Of a stretch of DNA of 64,000 bases, positions 8,654 through 17,093 are shown in pieces. The notes beneath the pieces were generated by a model. That model saw only the letters and a list, made by a program, of their open reading frames with translations, was not told the origin of the DNA and searched no databases. The DNA lies in sequence record MT161459.1; one strand, given 5' to 3'. Numbering within the stretch: position 1 is the first letter of the stretch; the number at the start of each line of letters is the position of its first letter. The translations under genes and the position numbers were made by a program.

Positions 8654-9088
8654 ATGTCAGCATTCACCGTAGCTCAACTGGTATCCATTCACTTTGCTCG
8701 TACCGAACGTCAGGTTTCTGTTAAGGATCTGGCTAAGCAGTATAACGTTAGCGAGAGTACTATCCGTCGTGCAATTGCGAAGGTTGAAAGTCAGCAAGCC
8801 AAGTTCAAAGCTAATGCAGTTAGCGGTGCTACTGCTAACATCCCAACAATCGTTCGTCAACGTCCTACTCCGAAGAAGTTCGCGGATATCAAACCTCCAG
8901 TAGCTTATACTGTGGGTCGTCAGTTGGCCGAAGAGTCTGTATCGGGTCACCCAGAAGTGAAGCGTCCGACCAAGAAGTGGACTTTCGAAGGTCAATCGAA
9001 GGGTCGCATTATGCGTCCACGCAAACAAGTCGAAGTCCGTCCGTACCAGGAGACTGCAATGTTCCTGGCATTTGCAGCAGCTAAGTGA
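8654..9088 (+). CDS. HTH DNA-binding protein (DeoR-like HTH at the N-terminus)
   Basis: SVKDLAKQYNVSESTIRRAI. SD GAGG. Confidence 0.75.
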   Translation: MSAFTVAQLVSIHFARTERQVSVKDLAKQYNVSESTIRRAIAKVESQQAKFKANAVSGATANIPTIVRQRPTPKKFADIKPPVAYTVGRQLAEESVSGHPEVKRPTKKWTFEGQSKGRIMRPRKQVEVRPYQETAMFLAFAAAK

Positions 9089-9094
9089 GATCAG

Positions 9095-9295
9095 ATGAAT
9101 ATTATCGAGAAAGTACAAGCGCATTTCATGCACGAGAACGGAGCATCTGTAGCAGATCTCGCTCTCCAACATGGTGTAAGTGAACAGGTTATCACTGATG
9201 CGATCGCCGAAGTAAACCAACGTCGACTTGCTTACGGTCAAAAACCGGTCAGTCGCAAACCTAAAATGTGGGAGCACGTAAATGTCAAGAAATAG
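9095..9295 (+). CDS. Small HTH protein
   Basis: ASVADLALQHGVSEQVITDAI, similar to the preceding HTH. Confidence 0.65.
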   Translation: MNIIEKVQAHFMHENGASVADLALQHGVSEQVITDAIAEVNQRRLAYGQKPVSRKPKMWEHVNVKK

Positions 9296-9641
9296 TTCAG
9301 TTATCGGCACTATCGGGTTGGTGGCTGCTGCCGCACTGGTGATCATCTCCCAGTACGCGTGGATTGCAGTTACATCGGATACCTACGCCGGTTACCAGGT
9401 TACCGAGAAGGAGTCCATTGCCAAGGGCTCCGAGGGGATGATGGTGTACGTCAAGAAAGGCGAAGACTATCGAGAGTTTGAGAATGACAACAACTACCTG
9501 TTGTTGAAGTTTGACTCTCGCAATATCCAGAACCGAATGGAAGTAGGTAAGTGCTTCAATATCACTGCATACGGGTGGCGCATCGGTTTCCTGGGGTTGT
9601 ACGAGAATATCCGGAAAATCGAGCCTGTAGACTGCAAATAG
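9282..9641 (+). CDS. Membrane-anchored phage protein, DUF1523-like
   Basis: N-terminal TM, VTEKE...FEND...KFDS...YGWRIGFLGLYENI. Confidence 0.6.
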   Translation: MSRNSSVIGTIGLVAAAALVIISQYAWIAVTSDTYAGYQVTEKESIAKGSEGMMVYVKKGEDYREFENDNNYLLLKFDSRNIQNRMEVGKCFNITAYGWRIGFLGLYENIRKIEPVDCK

Positions 9642-9664
9642 TTGTAGTCCACTCACGTAGTTGA

Positions 9665-9673
9665 TGTTATACT
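9665..9673 (+). promoter_or_regulatory. Extended -10 promoter element
   Basis: TGtTATACT upstream of the 9702 ORF. Confidence 0.5.
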
Positions 9674-9701
9674 GCCTGCATACCAACTGAGGAGTAATCA
9701 C

Positions 9702-10811
9702 ATGAAGATCACCGTTGAACTGTATTTCATGCCGCTGTTGAATGAGAAGATGTCCAAACTGGCCAACATCGCGTCCAAATTGGGATGCGTGGCACCATCG
9801 TATAATATCATTCGGACTTACAGCGTCAAGAATCCGGACACATACAAAGTGACGGTATTCAACGAGATCGAGATCACTGGTGCTGCTCCGAAGTTGGAAG
9901 GTTGGGAGTTTGTAGCTAAGTTCGATCACGATGAGAAGATCGTGTATCAGCATGGCTGGATCCCAACCGAGTTTAACGTTAGCGTTTGTAAGTGCGATCA
10001 TTGTTGCGTTTCTCGTTATCGGAAGGTGTCTTATATCGTCAAGAACGATGTAGGTCTCCATATGCAGGTTGGCGGCTCTTGTTTGAAGCATTATACTGGT
10101 GGTCACAAGCTGCCAACAATCCTCGGCCGGTACTTCGATGGCCTGACCGATCTCGAATCCGATGGATGGAGAACCGGTCATGCATCTACCGAATACGATC
10201 TGATGACCGTGCTGAAATTCGCTCGTCATGCGGTCAATGTGTATGGATATGTCCGGTCCACTCAAGGCACTCTGGAAATCCCGAGTACATCGTCTATCGT
10301 GACCCAGATGATCTCCGGTAACCGCGATCTTAACGAGCTCGTGAAGGCGGCTCTCCGAGTTCCAGATTCCGAAGTATTCAAGATGCTGGAATTCGTCAAC
10401 GATATGCCGTCCAATGACGAAAGCTATGTGAACAACCTGAAATCCATTGCGACCAACGGGTACTGTACCTTCAAATCTCTGGGATTTGCCGTGTCCATCG
10501 TGTCAGCTTATGACAAGGATCAAGCAGTTCGTCGCGCTGCAGAATCGTCCAAGTCTGTACACTTGGGTAGCGTTGGTGAGCGTCTGCGCAATATGGAAGT
10601 TGAGGTCACTTCAGTTCGAGTCATTGAAGGTACATTCGACTTCACTACCGTCATCAATATGGTGGTAGGCGATGATGTCCTGGTGTGGTTTGCAGCTGGA
10701 TCGAAGGATATTTCCAAGGGCGATACTTTTACTCTGACTGGCACCGTCAAGAGCCACTCTGAGTATGCGGGGATCAAACAAACCGTATTGACACGGTGCA
10801 AAATCGATTGA
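9702..10811 (+). CDS. Hypothetical nucleic-acid-binding protein (Cys cluster plus C-terminal OB-fold-like domain)
   Basis: CDHC...RYR...QVGGSCL and C-terminal GSVGER...VWF...FTLTGTVKSHSEYAGIKQTVLTRCKI. Confidence 0.7.
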   Translation: MKITVELYFMPLLNEKMSKLANIASKLGCVAPSYNIIRTYSVKNPDTYKVTVFNEIEITGAAPKLEGWEFVAKFDHDEKIVYQHGWIPTEFNVSVCKCDHCCVSRYRKVSYIVKNDVGLHMQVGGSCLKHYTGGHKLPTILGRYFDGLTDLESDGWRTGHASTEYDLMTVLKFARHAVNVYGYVRSTQGTLEIPSTSSIVTQMISGNRDLNELVKAALRVPDSEVFKMLEFVNDMPSNDESYVNNLKSIATNGYCTFKSLGFAVSIVSAYDKDQAVRRAAESSKSVHLGSVGERLRNMEVEVTSVRVIEGTFDFTTVINMVVGDDVLVWFAAGSKDISKGDTFTLTGTVKSHSEYAGIKQTVLTRCKID

Positions 10812-10817
10812 GGAGTT

Positions 10818-11381
10818 ATGGCCAAATATGTAACACTAGTGGGGAGTCGAGAGGCTCCCCAATCCATTTGTAAGGTAGCGGAGCGCATCGGTCAGTTCCT
10901 GAGCGATCGGGGGTTCGTCGGGAGATCCGGACGCGCGATCGGAATGGATTCCGCATTTGAACGGTTTTACAACCCAGATATGTTCGAGGCATACGTTATC
11001 AAGGATCTCCCGAACGCGATCAACGTTCGGCACCACGATATGGACGCATATGAGGAACTGGCGGCGAGCTTGATTCCTCACTACGAGTACCTGGACTTCT
11101 ACTCCAGGTGGTTACACGCTCGCAATACATGTCAGGTTCTCGGGCTAGATCTGAATACTCCGAGTATGCTGCTGATATGCTGGGCTCCAGAGCCACGAAG
11201 GGGCGGCGGAGTTCGAGGGGGAACTAAGTCAGCGGTTGCTCTGGCCAGACGTCATGGGATCCCAGTATCCAATCTGTATCATCGAGATCAGTTGATCAAA
11301 TGGTGTGAGAAGGTAGGATGCGATGTTCCTGCAGATCCGAACCACAGTTCTCAGCAGGACTTATCCTTTCTTGATAAATAA
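10818..11381 (+). CDS. SLOG-superfamily (DprA/Smf/YpsA-like) protein
   Basis: LVGSRE, SGRAIGMD, ARN..QVLG.DL.TP, GGT..AVALARRHGIPV.NL. Confidence 0.75.
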   Translation: MAKYVTLVGSREAPQSICKVAERIGQFLSDRGFVGRSGRAIGMDSAFERFYNPDMFEAYVIKDLPNAINVRHHDMDAYEELAASLIPHYEYLDFYSRWLHARNTCQVLGLDLNTPSMLLICWAPEPRRGGGVRGGTKSAVALARRHGIPVSNLYHRDQLIKWCEKVGCDVPADPNHSSQQDLSFLDK

Positions 11382-11409
11382 AATCAACAATAACAAGAAG
11401 GATTTTCGT

Positions 11410-11757
11410 ATGATGGAATTACCAGCAGTCGCCAAATTATGCTATGAAAATGTCCGCTGCTTTGCCAAGGTATTCGGCGATCACGGTTATGCACCGTGGG
11501 ACGAACTAAGTGAGGATAAACGGAACGATTTGATCTTAGACGTTCGGTCTATTATTAATGATCCAAACATCACAGCATCAGAGCTACATGATATTTGGGT
11601 ACGCCGCATGGTAGATAGAGGATGGACTTATGGTCCAGTCAAGGACTCCGTTGCTATGACTCGCCCCGACATTTGCGCGTACGAGTTCAAGTCTCCGATC
11701 CACCAACAGGAACTGAGGTTGATTATTTGTGTAGTGCGTATTGCTACATCCTGCTAA
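11410..11757 (+). CDS. RyR-domain protein
   Basis: LHDIW.RRMVDRGWTYGPVKD...RPDI. Start moved to ATG 11410 after AAGGA. Confidence 0.75.
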   Translation: MMELPAVAKLCYENVRCFAKVFGDHGYAPWDELSEDKRNDLILDVRSIINDPNITASELHDIWVRRMVDRGWTYGPVKDSVAMTRPDICAYEFKSPIHQQELRLIICVVRIATSC

Positions 11758-11761
11758 AAAG

Positions 11762-11791
11762 AAAGCCCCTGTCCATCGACAGGGGCTTTTT
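11762..11791. terminator. Bidirectional terminator
   Basis: AAAGCCCCTGTC-CATC-GACAGGGGCTTT between convergent genes. Confidence 0.85.
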
Positions 11792-11792
11792 G

Positions 11793-11999
11793 TTATCTGA
11801 TAGAATTCAGGATGGTAGCTCGGTCTTCTGGACCAAACGTACTCAACCAAGATCTCATCTTACCGATACCTTCTACCATACGCTTGCGATCGTGCTCTTT
11901 CTTTTCAGCTAGCAGTCTCGCGCCGCGCGTCTCGTTACTTTCATTGAGGATCGCAGCAGCAGCAAGCGTTGCTTCATGATCCGTGTTGTACATTGACAT
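11793..11999 (-). CDS. Hypothetical protein (68 aa)
   Basis: MSMYNTDHE..., SD AAGGA after the gp24 stop. Confidence 0.6.
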   Translation of the reverse strand: MSMYNTDHEATLAAAAILNESNETRGARLLAEKKEHDRKRMVEGIGKMRSWLSTFGPEDRATILNSIR

Positions 12000-12012
12000 C
12001 TTCGATTCCTTA

Positions 12013-13209
12013 TTATAGTACCACTGGGATAGTGTGGACAAACTGGCTGGTATTGGCGAGTAGGTCCCAGTCATCACATTGAACGACAATATCGTGACGG
12101 GTTACATCGTCGTACGTTGGGAACGCACTGAGCGCATATCGAGTCATGATGCCGATCATTGGCTGCAAAGAACTGTAGTCTGCAGTCACGAGGAATGATC
12201 CAGCTTCATCAGATTCTTGGAACGGAGAGTAGAACAGTCCACTCGCGTGATCCAACCCAGTCGGATCTTCCATCTTGCCGCCAACCATCATGTAGTCCAC
12301 CATAGAGTTGCCGTCCATGATCAACTTCAATCCAGTGCCACGGATAATGTCGTCATCGCCAACTTGACCGCTTGCACGGATCAGACCACACACCTTGAAA
12401 CTAGCTACGAGGTACGTTGCTGGGATGGAAGTCCACCACTCGATCTCTGCCGCTGCTGAACATGCGCGCGAAATTAGCTCTCGACCTTTGTAATACGGTA
12501 CCGTGGACACCAGCGCAGCAGGCTCTTCTTTCTTACTGATAGTGATCAGTTTGGTAATGATATCGATGTTAATCTCTTCAGCGATCGCTGTTGACAATAG
12601 GTCCTCAACTGCCAGGTCAGCATTCAAACCCTGACGCTCCATATCGTACAACAGTTCGATAGTCGTTGGGCTCTTCAGTTTGCGACTGCATACCCGAGCA
12701 GTCCATTTGTTGATCAAGAATCTGGACTCCGCTACGCTCGAATTCGGATCCTGGTACGTATCCGGATCAGCAGCATCCGACACGAAGCGAAGTTTGCCGC
12801 GCATAGCGAGCTTATGAGCGTCTTCTATTGCCTTCGAGTTGAGGTAACTGTAGTCTCCATCTTCGATCACGCTAAACACGAAGTCGTACAGTACAAACAT
12901 ATCGCCCTTGACCATTCCGTCAGTAGGACCTGGCAACCCGCTATTACCAAATTGGTATTTACCACCGCTAGTGATATAATCCAACTGGATGTCGTGGTTG
13001 TTATCCTCGTTATCCGCTTGGACATAGTCGTATCTCATTCCAAACACAGTAGCTATTGGTTGGGATGTCGGTTGAGTTGATACCAACTCCTTGTAGATCT
13101 TCTCTTGTGTCTTGCGCGTCAATGAGATCAACGCTTCACGTCCGGATGCAATTCCAGCAGTGCCACTAGATTCTTGTATTAGCTGATTAATCTTGCTAAC
13201 TTTAGCCAT
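12013..13209 (-). CDS. gp24: Capsid vertex protein gp24
   Basis: MAKVSKINQLIQES, capsid-like motifs RKLKSPTTIELLYD, GLFYSPF, GIMTRYALS. Follows gp23. Confidence 0.92.
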   Translation of the reverse strand: MAKVSKINQLIQESSGTAGIASGREALISLTRKTQEKIYKELVSTQPTSQPIATVFGMRYDYVQADNEDNNHDIQLDYITSGGKYQFGNSGLPGPTDGMVKGDMFVLYDFVFSVIEDGDYSYLNSKAIEDAHKLAMRGKLRFVSDAADPDTYQDPNSSVAESRFLINKWTARVCSRKLKSPTTIELLYDMERQGLNADLAVEDLLSTAIAEEINIDIITKLITISKKEEPAALVSTVPYYKGRELISRACSAAAEIEWWTSIPATYLVASFKVCGLIRASGQVGDDDIIRGTGLKLIMDGNSMVDYMMVGGKMEDPTGLDHASGLFYSPFQESDEAGSFLVTADYSSLQPMIGIMTRYALSAFPTYDDVTRHDIVVQCDDWDLLANTSQFVHTIPVVL

Positions 13210-13235
13210 GTTAAGATTCCTCTTGGTTTATCCTT

Positions 13236-13242
13236 TATTTAG
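13236..13242 (-). promoter_or_regulatory. Late promoter CTAAATA for gp24
   Basis: 27 nt upstream of the gp24 start. Confidence 0.75.
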
Positions 13243-13248
13243 GGCAAC

Positions 13249-13274
13249 AAAAAGGGAGAGCTTTCGCTCTCCCT
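13249..13274 (-). terminator. Intrinsic terminator after gp23
   Basis: On the minus strand AGGGAGAGC-GAAA-GCTCTCCCT-TTTT. Confidence 0.85.
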
Positions 13275-13294
13275 GTTGGTTTTGCTTTGGTCTA

Positions 13295-14875
13295 TTATAC
13301 ACCAGCAACCAGAACACGACGGAAGAAGGAGTTCTTACCGAACATGTTGGTGTGCTGCGGCATACCGTTGGAGATCTTAGCGAAGTCACGGTTAGCAGTA
13401 CCGTCAGCCATTGGGTGCAGTTTAACACCGTAGCGAGTCTTGAAGCCCAGAACTGGTTGGAAGTTCTTAGGATCGGTACCACGCAGAGGGGTCAGAGCAA
13501 CGTATGGGCAGTAGTAGATACCAGCGTCCATTTCGGAAGCGCCTTTGTAACCTACAGTGAAGTAATCTTCAACTGCATACTGATCGATGAACACGCGATA
13601 CTTGCCTGCCAGAACACCAGCGAACACGCTAGAGTTGGTGTCAGTGTTCATGGTGGTGTTAGCACCTTGAGCAGCGTAACCAACCATCATGTCGGTGTGG
13701 CCCAGAGCAGCAGCAACGTTACGGGAACAGATCAGGAAGTTACCTTGACCACGACCAGTTTGACGACCGATTTCAGCAGCTTCTTTGTCGATCTGGATTA
13801 CCAGAGCTTTGTAGGATTCACCAGCCCAACGAGCGCCACGAGTATCTTTCACGTCAGCGAAGTCGAAGGTACCAGCTTTACCACCAGCTTGGTTGGTCCA
13901 ACCAGTCTTACCAACACGTGCAGTAGCGTTGATCCACAGAATCATTTCACGGTTGATCTCGTGCATGATTTCGTTAGCCAGGATGGTGCTCAACTCGGAG
14001 TCGGCGTCCAGACCGTGAACAGCGCGCAGATCTTGTGCCAGTTCGATGGAGTACTGTGCTTTCAGTTGACGGGACTTGGCTTCAACTACTTGCTTGTCGA
14101 TACGGAAGGACATTTCATTCCATTCATTACCGGAGGAACCGTTGAAACCTTGTTGGAGTTCAGCGAAGCTGGTAGCCATTGCAGAACTGGTTTCAGCAGC
14201 CAGACCAGTAACAGTCAGCTTCTTGTAGATTGCTGTCGGTTTGGTCTCGGTAATGGAGTTTGCAGTGATCGGGGAGATAACTTGCATGGTCTTGGTACCA
14301 GCCAGTACACCGTCAGCTTCTTCGATGTGCAGCTTGAAGAAATCGCCAACTGCGTATGCTGCTTTAGCATCGAATTCGGAGATGTCTTGTGCAGCGCCAC
14401 GACCGGAGAAATCTGCGTCAGGACCGTACATTGGGTGGAATGCTTCACGAGCGGCTGCATCCAGAGCTTTGTCGCCGTAGATAGCACGCAGGGTAAACAC
14501 TTGACCGGTAGAGCTAGTCATCGGTTGAACGCCGCAGATGTCGAACGCGATCAGTTGCGGAATGGAACGACGAACCAGACCCATAACAGCAGGACCTACG
14601 TTAGTCACTTGACCAGTGGTTTCACCAGAAGCGATCTTGCCAGCGTCATACCCGTGATCGCCGCCGATATTGGCTTCGTTCATGCGCTTGACGTCTACCA
14701 TGGAGGTAACGACTACCGGATCGGTATACACGCCACCTTCGTTGTGGGTGATATCTTCGTGTTGGTTTTCGAACATACGCGAAACGATATCTTTGCGCTT
14801 CATGGTAGCGATTTCCGGTGAACCTGCTTGCTCAACCAGTTTCTGCCACTTGGTCATCAGATCTTTCTTAGACAT
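13295..14875 (-). CDS. gp23: Major capsid protein gp23
   Basis: EANIGGDHGYDA, GPAVMGLVRRSIP, SRQLKAQYSIELAQDLRAVHGLDADSEL, YYCPYV, GFKTRYG. Confidence 0.99.
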   Translation of the reverse strand: MSKKDLMTKWQKLVEQAGSPEIATMKRKDIVSRMFENQHEDITHNEGGVYTDPVVVTSMVDVKRMNEANIGGDHGYDAGKIASGETTGQVTNVGPAVMGLVRRSIPQLIAFDICGVQPMTSSTGQVFTLRAIYGDKALDAAAREAFHPMYGPDADFSGRGAAQDISEFDAKAAYAVGDFFKLHIEEADGVLAGTKTMQVISPITANSITETKPTAIYKKLTVTGLAAETSSAMATSFAELQQGFNGSSGNEWNEMSFRIDKQVVEAKSRQLKAQYSIELAQDLRAVHGLDADSELSTILANEIMHEINREMILWINATARVGKTGWTNQAGGKAGTFDFADVKDTRGARWAGESYKALVIQIDKEAAEIGRQTGRGQGNFLICSRNVAAALGHTDMMVGYAAQGANTTMNTDTNSSVFAGVLAGKYRVFIDQYAVEDYFTVGYKGASEMDAGIYYCPYVALTPLRGTDPKNFQPVLGFKTRYGVKLHPMADGTANRDFAKISNGMPQHTNMFGKNSFFRRVLVAGV

Positions 14876-14931
14876 TGAAAAAATTCCTTATGTTGTTTGA
14901 AGTGTGAGAGAAATTCTTCTCTTCATGAATC

Positions 14932-14938
14932 TATTTAT
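14932..14938 (-). promoter_or_regulatory. Late promoter (CATAAATA) for gp23
   Basis: Intergenic between gp22 and gp23. Confidence 0.75.
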
Positions 14939-14956
14939 GGGACTTGTTTTGGGCCA

Positions 14957-15739
14957 TTACAGATTCAGGTACTGCATTACCTCGGGGTCGATAGCTGGTT
15001 GAGCTTGTTCAACGACGGGTTGTTGGACTGGTTCATTCTCAGGCGGAACGAAATTCAGACCTTCTGCGATCGGCTCTTGTTTGGTAGGTTTGGTAACGCT
15101 AACCATTTCGACGATTGCGGACAGTTTGGTGCCAAAGGATTCGCCATAAGACATACCTTCTGACAGGGCAATAACTTTCTCTTTCTGGATGTCAGTCAGA
15201 CCAGCAACAGCTTCGTGGATCTCTTGATCACGCTTGATGGTTTTGATGGACTCTTTCAGGGCCAAGTTGTTGTCCAGAACTTTATTCAGTTCGACCTTGG
15301 ATTCTTCCAGTTCGCTCTGCAGTTCGGAAACTACATCAACTGCTTCATCTGGAACAATTACGTTGTGCTCAACGAAGGTAGTCTTCATTGCGCCCAGCAG
15401 GCTTTCGAACATTTGAACCTTGATACCATTTTCGACAGCCAGTTTGTTCTCAGTCATCCATTCTTCAACCAGATGTTCGAAGTATTTGTTGACATTTTCG
15501 GCCAACACAGCGTTCTTTTCAGAAGCCTTTTCTTCTACCAGTTGATCGGCCATTTCAGCCATTTGAGCGACGTGGGATTCAGCCAGCTTGACTGCATTTG
15601 CTTTCACAGTAGTTTCGAAAACGGCACTGAACTTGGTCTTGACTTCGTCAGACAGTTCGATGGATTCGAAAATGCTGTCCAGCTCAACATCAGTCTTGAT
15701 GTTCTGCGCTTCTTGCAACAGAGTTTCTTTGATGGACAT
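14957..15739 (-). CDS. gp22: Prohead core scaffold gp22
   Basis: Acidic coiled coil with MSIKETLLQEAQNI and EWMTENKLAVENGIK. Synteny. Confidence 0.93.
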   Translation of the reverse strand: MSIKETLLQEAQNIKTDVELDSIFESIELSDEVKTKFSAVFETTVKANAVKLAESHVAQMAEMADQLVEEKASEKNAVLAENVNKYFEHLVEEWMTENKLAVENGIKVQMFESLLGAMKTTFVEHNVIVPDEAVDVVSELQSELEESKVELNKVLDNNLALKESIKTIKRDQEIHEAVAGLTDIQKEKVIALSEGMSYGESFGTKLSAIVEMVSVTKPTKQEPIAEGLNFVPPENEPVQQPVVEQAQPAIDPEVMQYLNL

Positions 15740-15767
15740 TTTGTTTCCTCGAGTTTGTTGTACGTAT

Positions 15768-15774
15768 TATTTAT
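15768..15774 (-). promoter_or_regulatory. Late promoter (CATAAATA) for gp22
   Basis: Overlaps the gp21 stop. Confidence 0.7.
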
Positions 15775-16412
15775 GCAAGCGTTTTCAGCGCTTCGCTTAG
15801 AGCGAGGAACGCGGTATCTTGCGAAATTTTTTGGGGCTCTACTACTGCAGGATGTTCCACGGTAGGTTCCTTGGATTCGTATACCGGTTTGACGTATGCA
15901 TTTGGCGCACTTGGGCCCCAAACCACATCAACGCCAACTGTCAGTTTGAATCCTTCCTGCACTTCGTTAATCCCGTAGGAGTTACGTTTCAGAGTTCCGA
16001 GTCCGCGAGAGCTGACTCCAGGAATCCATCCAGCACGAATAAGCGCTGCAGTTTTATCCCCCTCCGCGTAATCCCCCTCGACGATTCGAGCTCTACCCCA
16101 TACATCGTTGCCTCTCCACTCCAAATGCTCTATAATAATAGCGGCGTGTAGTGGATCTGGCATTGATCGTTGTGGATGGTTCAACTCCCCAAGGGCTTGG
16201 TTTGTGTTTACTTGTTCCTTGATGTATTTAGCAACCGCTTCTTGAAGGACCTTTTTTGGGTAGAGACGCTCGTTGCCATTCACTACCTCAGCCTGCAAGA
16301 ATACACCCTCGATGTACAACTTTCCGTTGACTTCTTTGGACTCCACAAACATTTTCTGATCGCCAGCTTTACCTGGCTGACCCCAATCTTCTACTAGCAG
16401 GATCGGTTCCAT
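15771..16412 (-). CDS. gp21: Prohead protease gp21
   Basis: LYIEGVFLQAEVVNGNERLYP, ALGELNHP, GVSSRGLG, VDVVWGPSAP. Confidence 0.97.
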   Translation of the reverse strand: MEPILLVEDWGQPGKAGDQKMFVESKEVNGKLYIEGVFLQAEVVNGNERLYPKKVLQEAVAKYIKEQVNTNQALGELNHPQRSMPDPLHAAIIIEHLEWRGNDVWGRARIVEGDYAEGDKTAALIRAGWIPGVSSRGLGTLKRNSYGINEVQEGFKLTVGVDVVWGPSAPNAYVKPVYESKEPTVEHPAVVEPQKISQDTAFLALSEALKTLA

Positions 16413-16413
16413 T

Positions 16414-16893
16414 TTAGATCCCCATCTGCTTGCGCTTCTTCAAAGCCTTCTTAGTCTTGCGAAGTGCGCGAACTTGTCCACTTGGGTTAGCGCGTCTGGT
16501 TTTTGCAGCTTTGCGTGCAATTTGACGGCGTTGACCTTTAGACAGTCCAGTTGTTTGAGTTGCGTTGCGCTCGCGAGTTTTACGGTCTTTCGTTCGGGTA
16601 ATGATACCCATCGAGTTGACGTGACGCACGATTGATTCTTCCACACTAACTTCTTCTCGAAGTGACAGCATCGCCAGCGCTTCGATTGATTCATCAGTAT
16701 TTAGCATGCGTTCCAACAGCGTGTCAACATCGGATCCGAATGTTGACTCCAGTGTCAGCAACTTTTGTTTTGATTCTTCAACTTTTGCAGTAACGAGACT
16801 CTCCAGTACGTCGAACTCTTCGTCCGATTCAACCATACGGCCTGTTTGGGAGACGCGCCATTTTGCAACCACTTGTTCTTTTGTGATGGACAT
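16414..16893 (-). CDS. gp68: Prohead core protein gp68
   Basis: IVRHVNSMG.ITRTKDRKTRERNA.QTTGLSK..RRQIARK. Start moved to ATG 16893 with SD AAGGTG. Confidence 0.93.
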   Translation of the reverse strand: MSITKEQVVAKWRVSQTGRMVESDEEFDVLESLVTAKVEESKQKLLTLESTFGSDVDTLLERMLNTDESIEALAMLSLREEVSVEESIVRHVNSMGIITRTKDRKTRERNATQTTGLSKGQRRQIARKAAKTRRANPSGQVRALRKTKKALKKRKQMGI

Positions 16894-16911
16894 TTTAGCA
16901 CCTTGTGTTAT

Positions 16912-16936
16912 TGACGGCGGGACACTCCCGCCGTCA
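16912..16936. other. Strong intergenic hairpin between gp67 and gp68
   Basis: TGACGGCGGGA-CAC-TCCCGCCGTCA (11 bp, no U tract). Confidence 0.6.
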
Positions 16937-17092
16937 TTATTCGTCGTCTTCCTCAAAGGGAGCAGCGTTAGCTGCAATCTCTCTACGGGTAGCTTCAATC
17001 GCTCCGCGCGTTCGTGTGGACATCTCGTACTCGAACGCTTGTTTTGCGGCCATGAAATCCCCATCCTGCACAGCTTGCATAAATTCATTCAT
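16937..17092 (-). CDS. gp67: Prohead core protein gp67
   Basis: MNEFMQAVQDGDFMAAKQAFEYEM..., acidic C-terminus. Lies between gp20 and gp68. Confidence 0.85.
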   Translation of the reverse strand: MNEFMQAVQDGDFMAAKQAFEYEMSTRTRGAIEATRREIAANAAPFEEDDE

Positions 17093-17093
17093 T

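Noticed and set aside
9297-10265. 322-aa minus-strand ORF and the many similar antisense or off-frame ORFs in the track
   Set aside because: They overlap well-supported genes on the other strand or in another frame, and are explained by codon bias.
13193-14821. 542-aa plus-strand ORF
   Set aside because: Exact antisense shadow of gp23. No SD, and no recognisable protein features.
16860-16893. gp68 N-terminus (SITKEQVVAKW) resembling the gp23 propeptide start (SKKDLMTKW)
   Set aside because: Too short to distinguish from chance.
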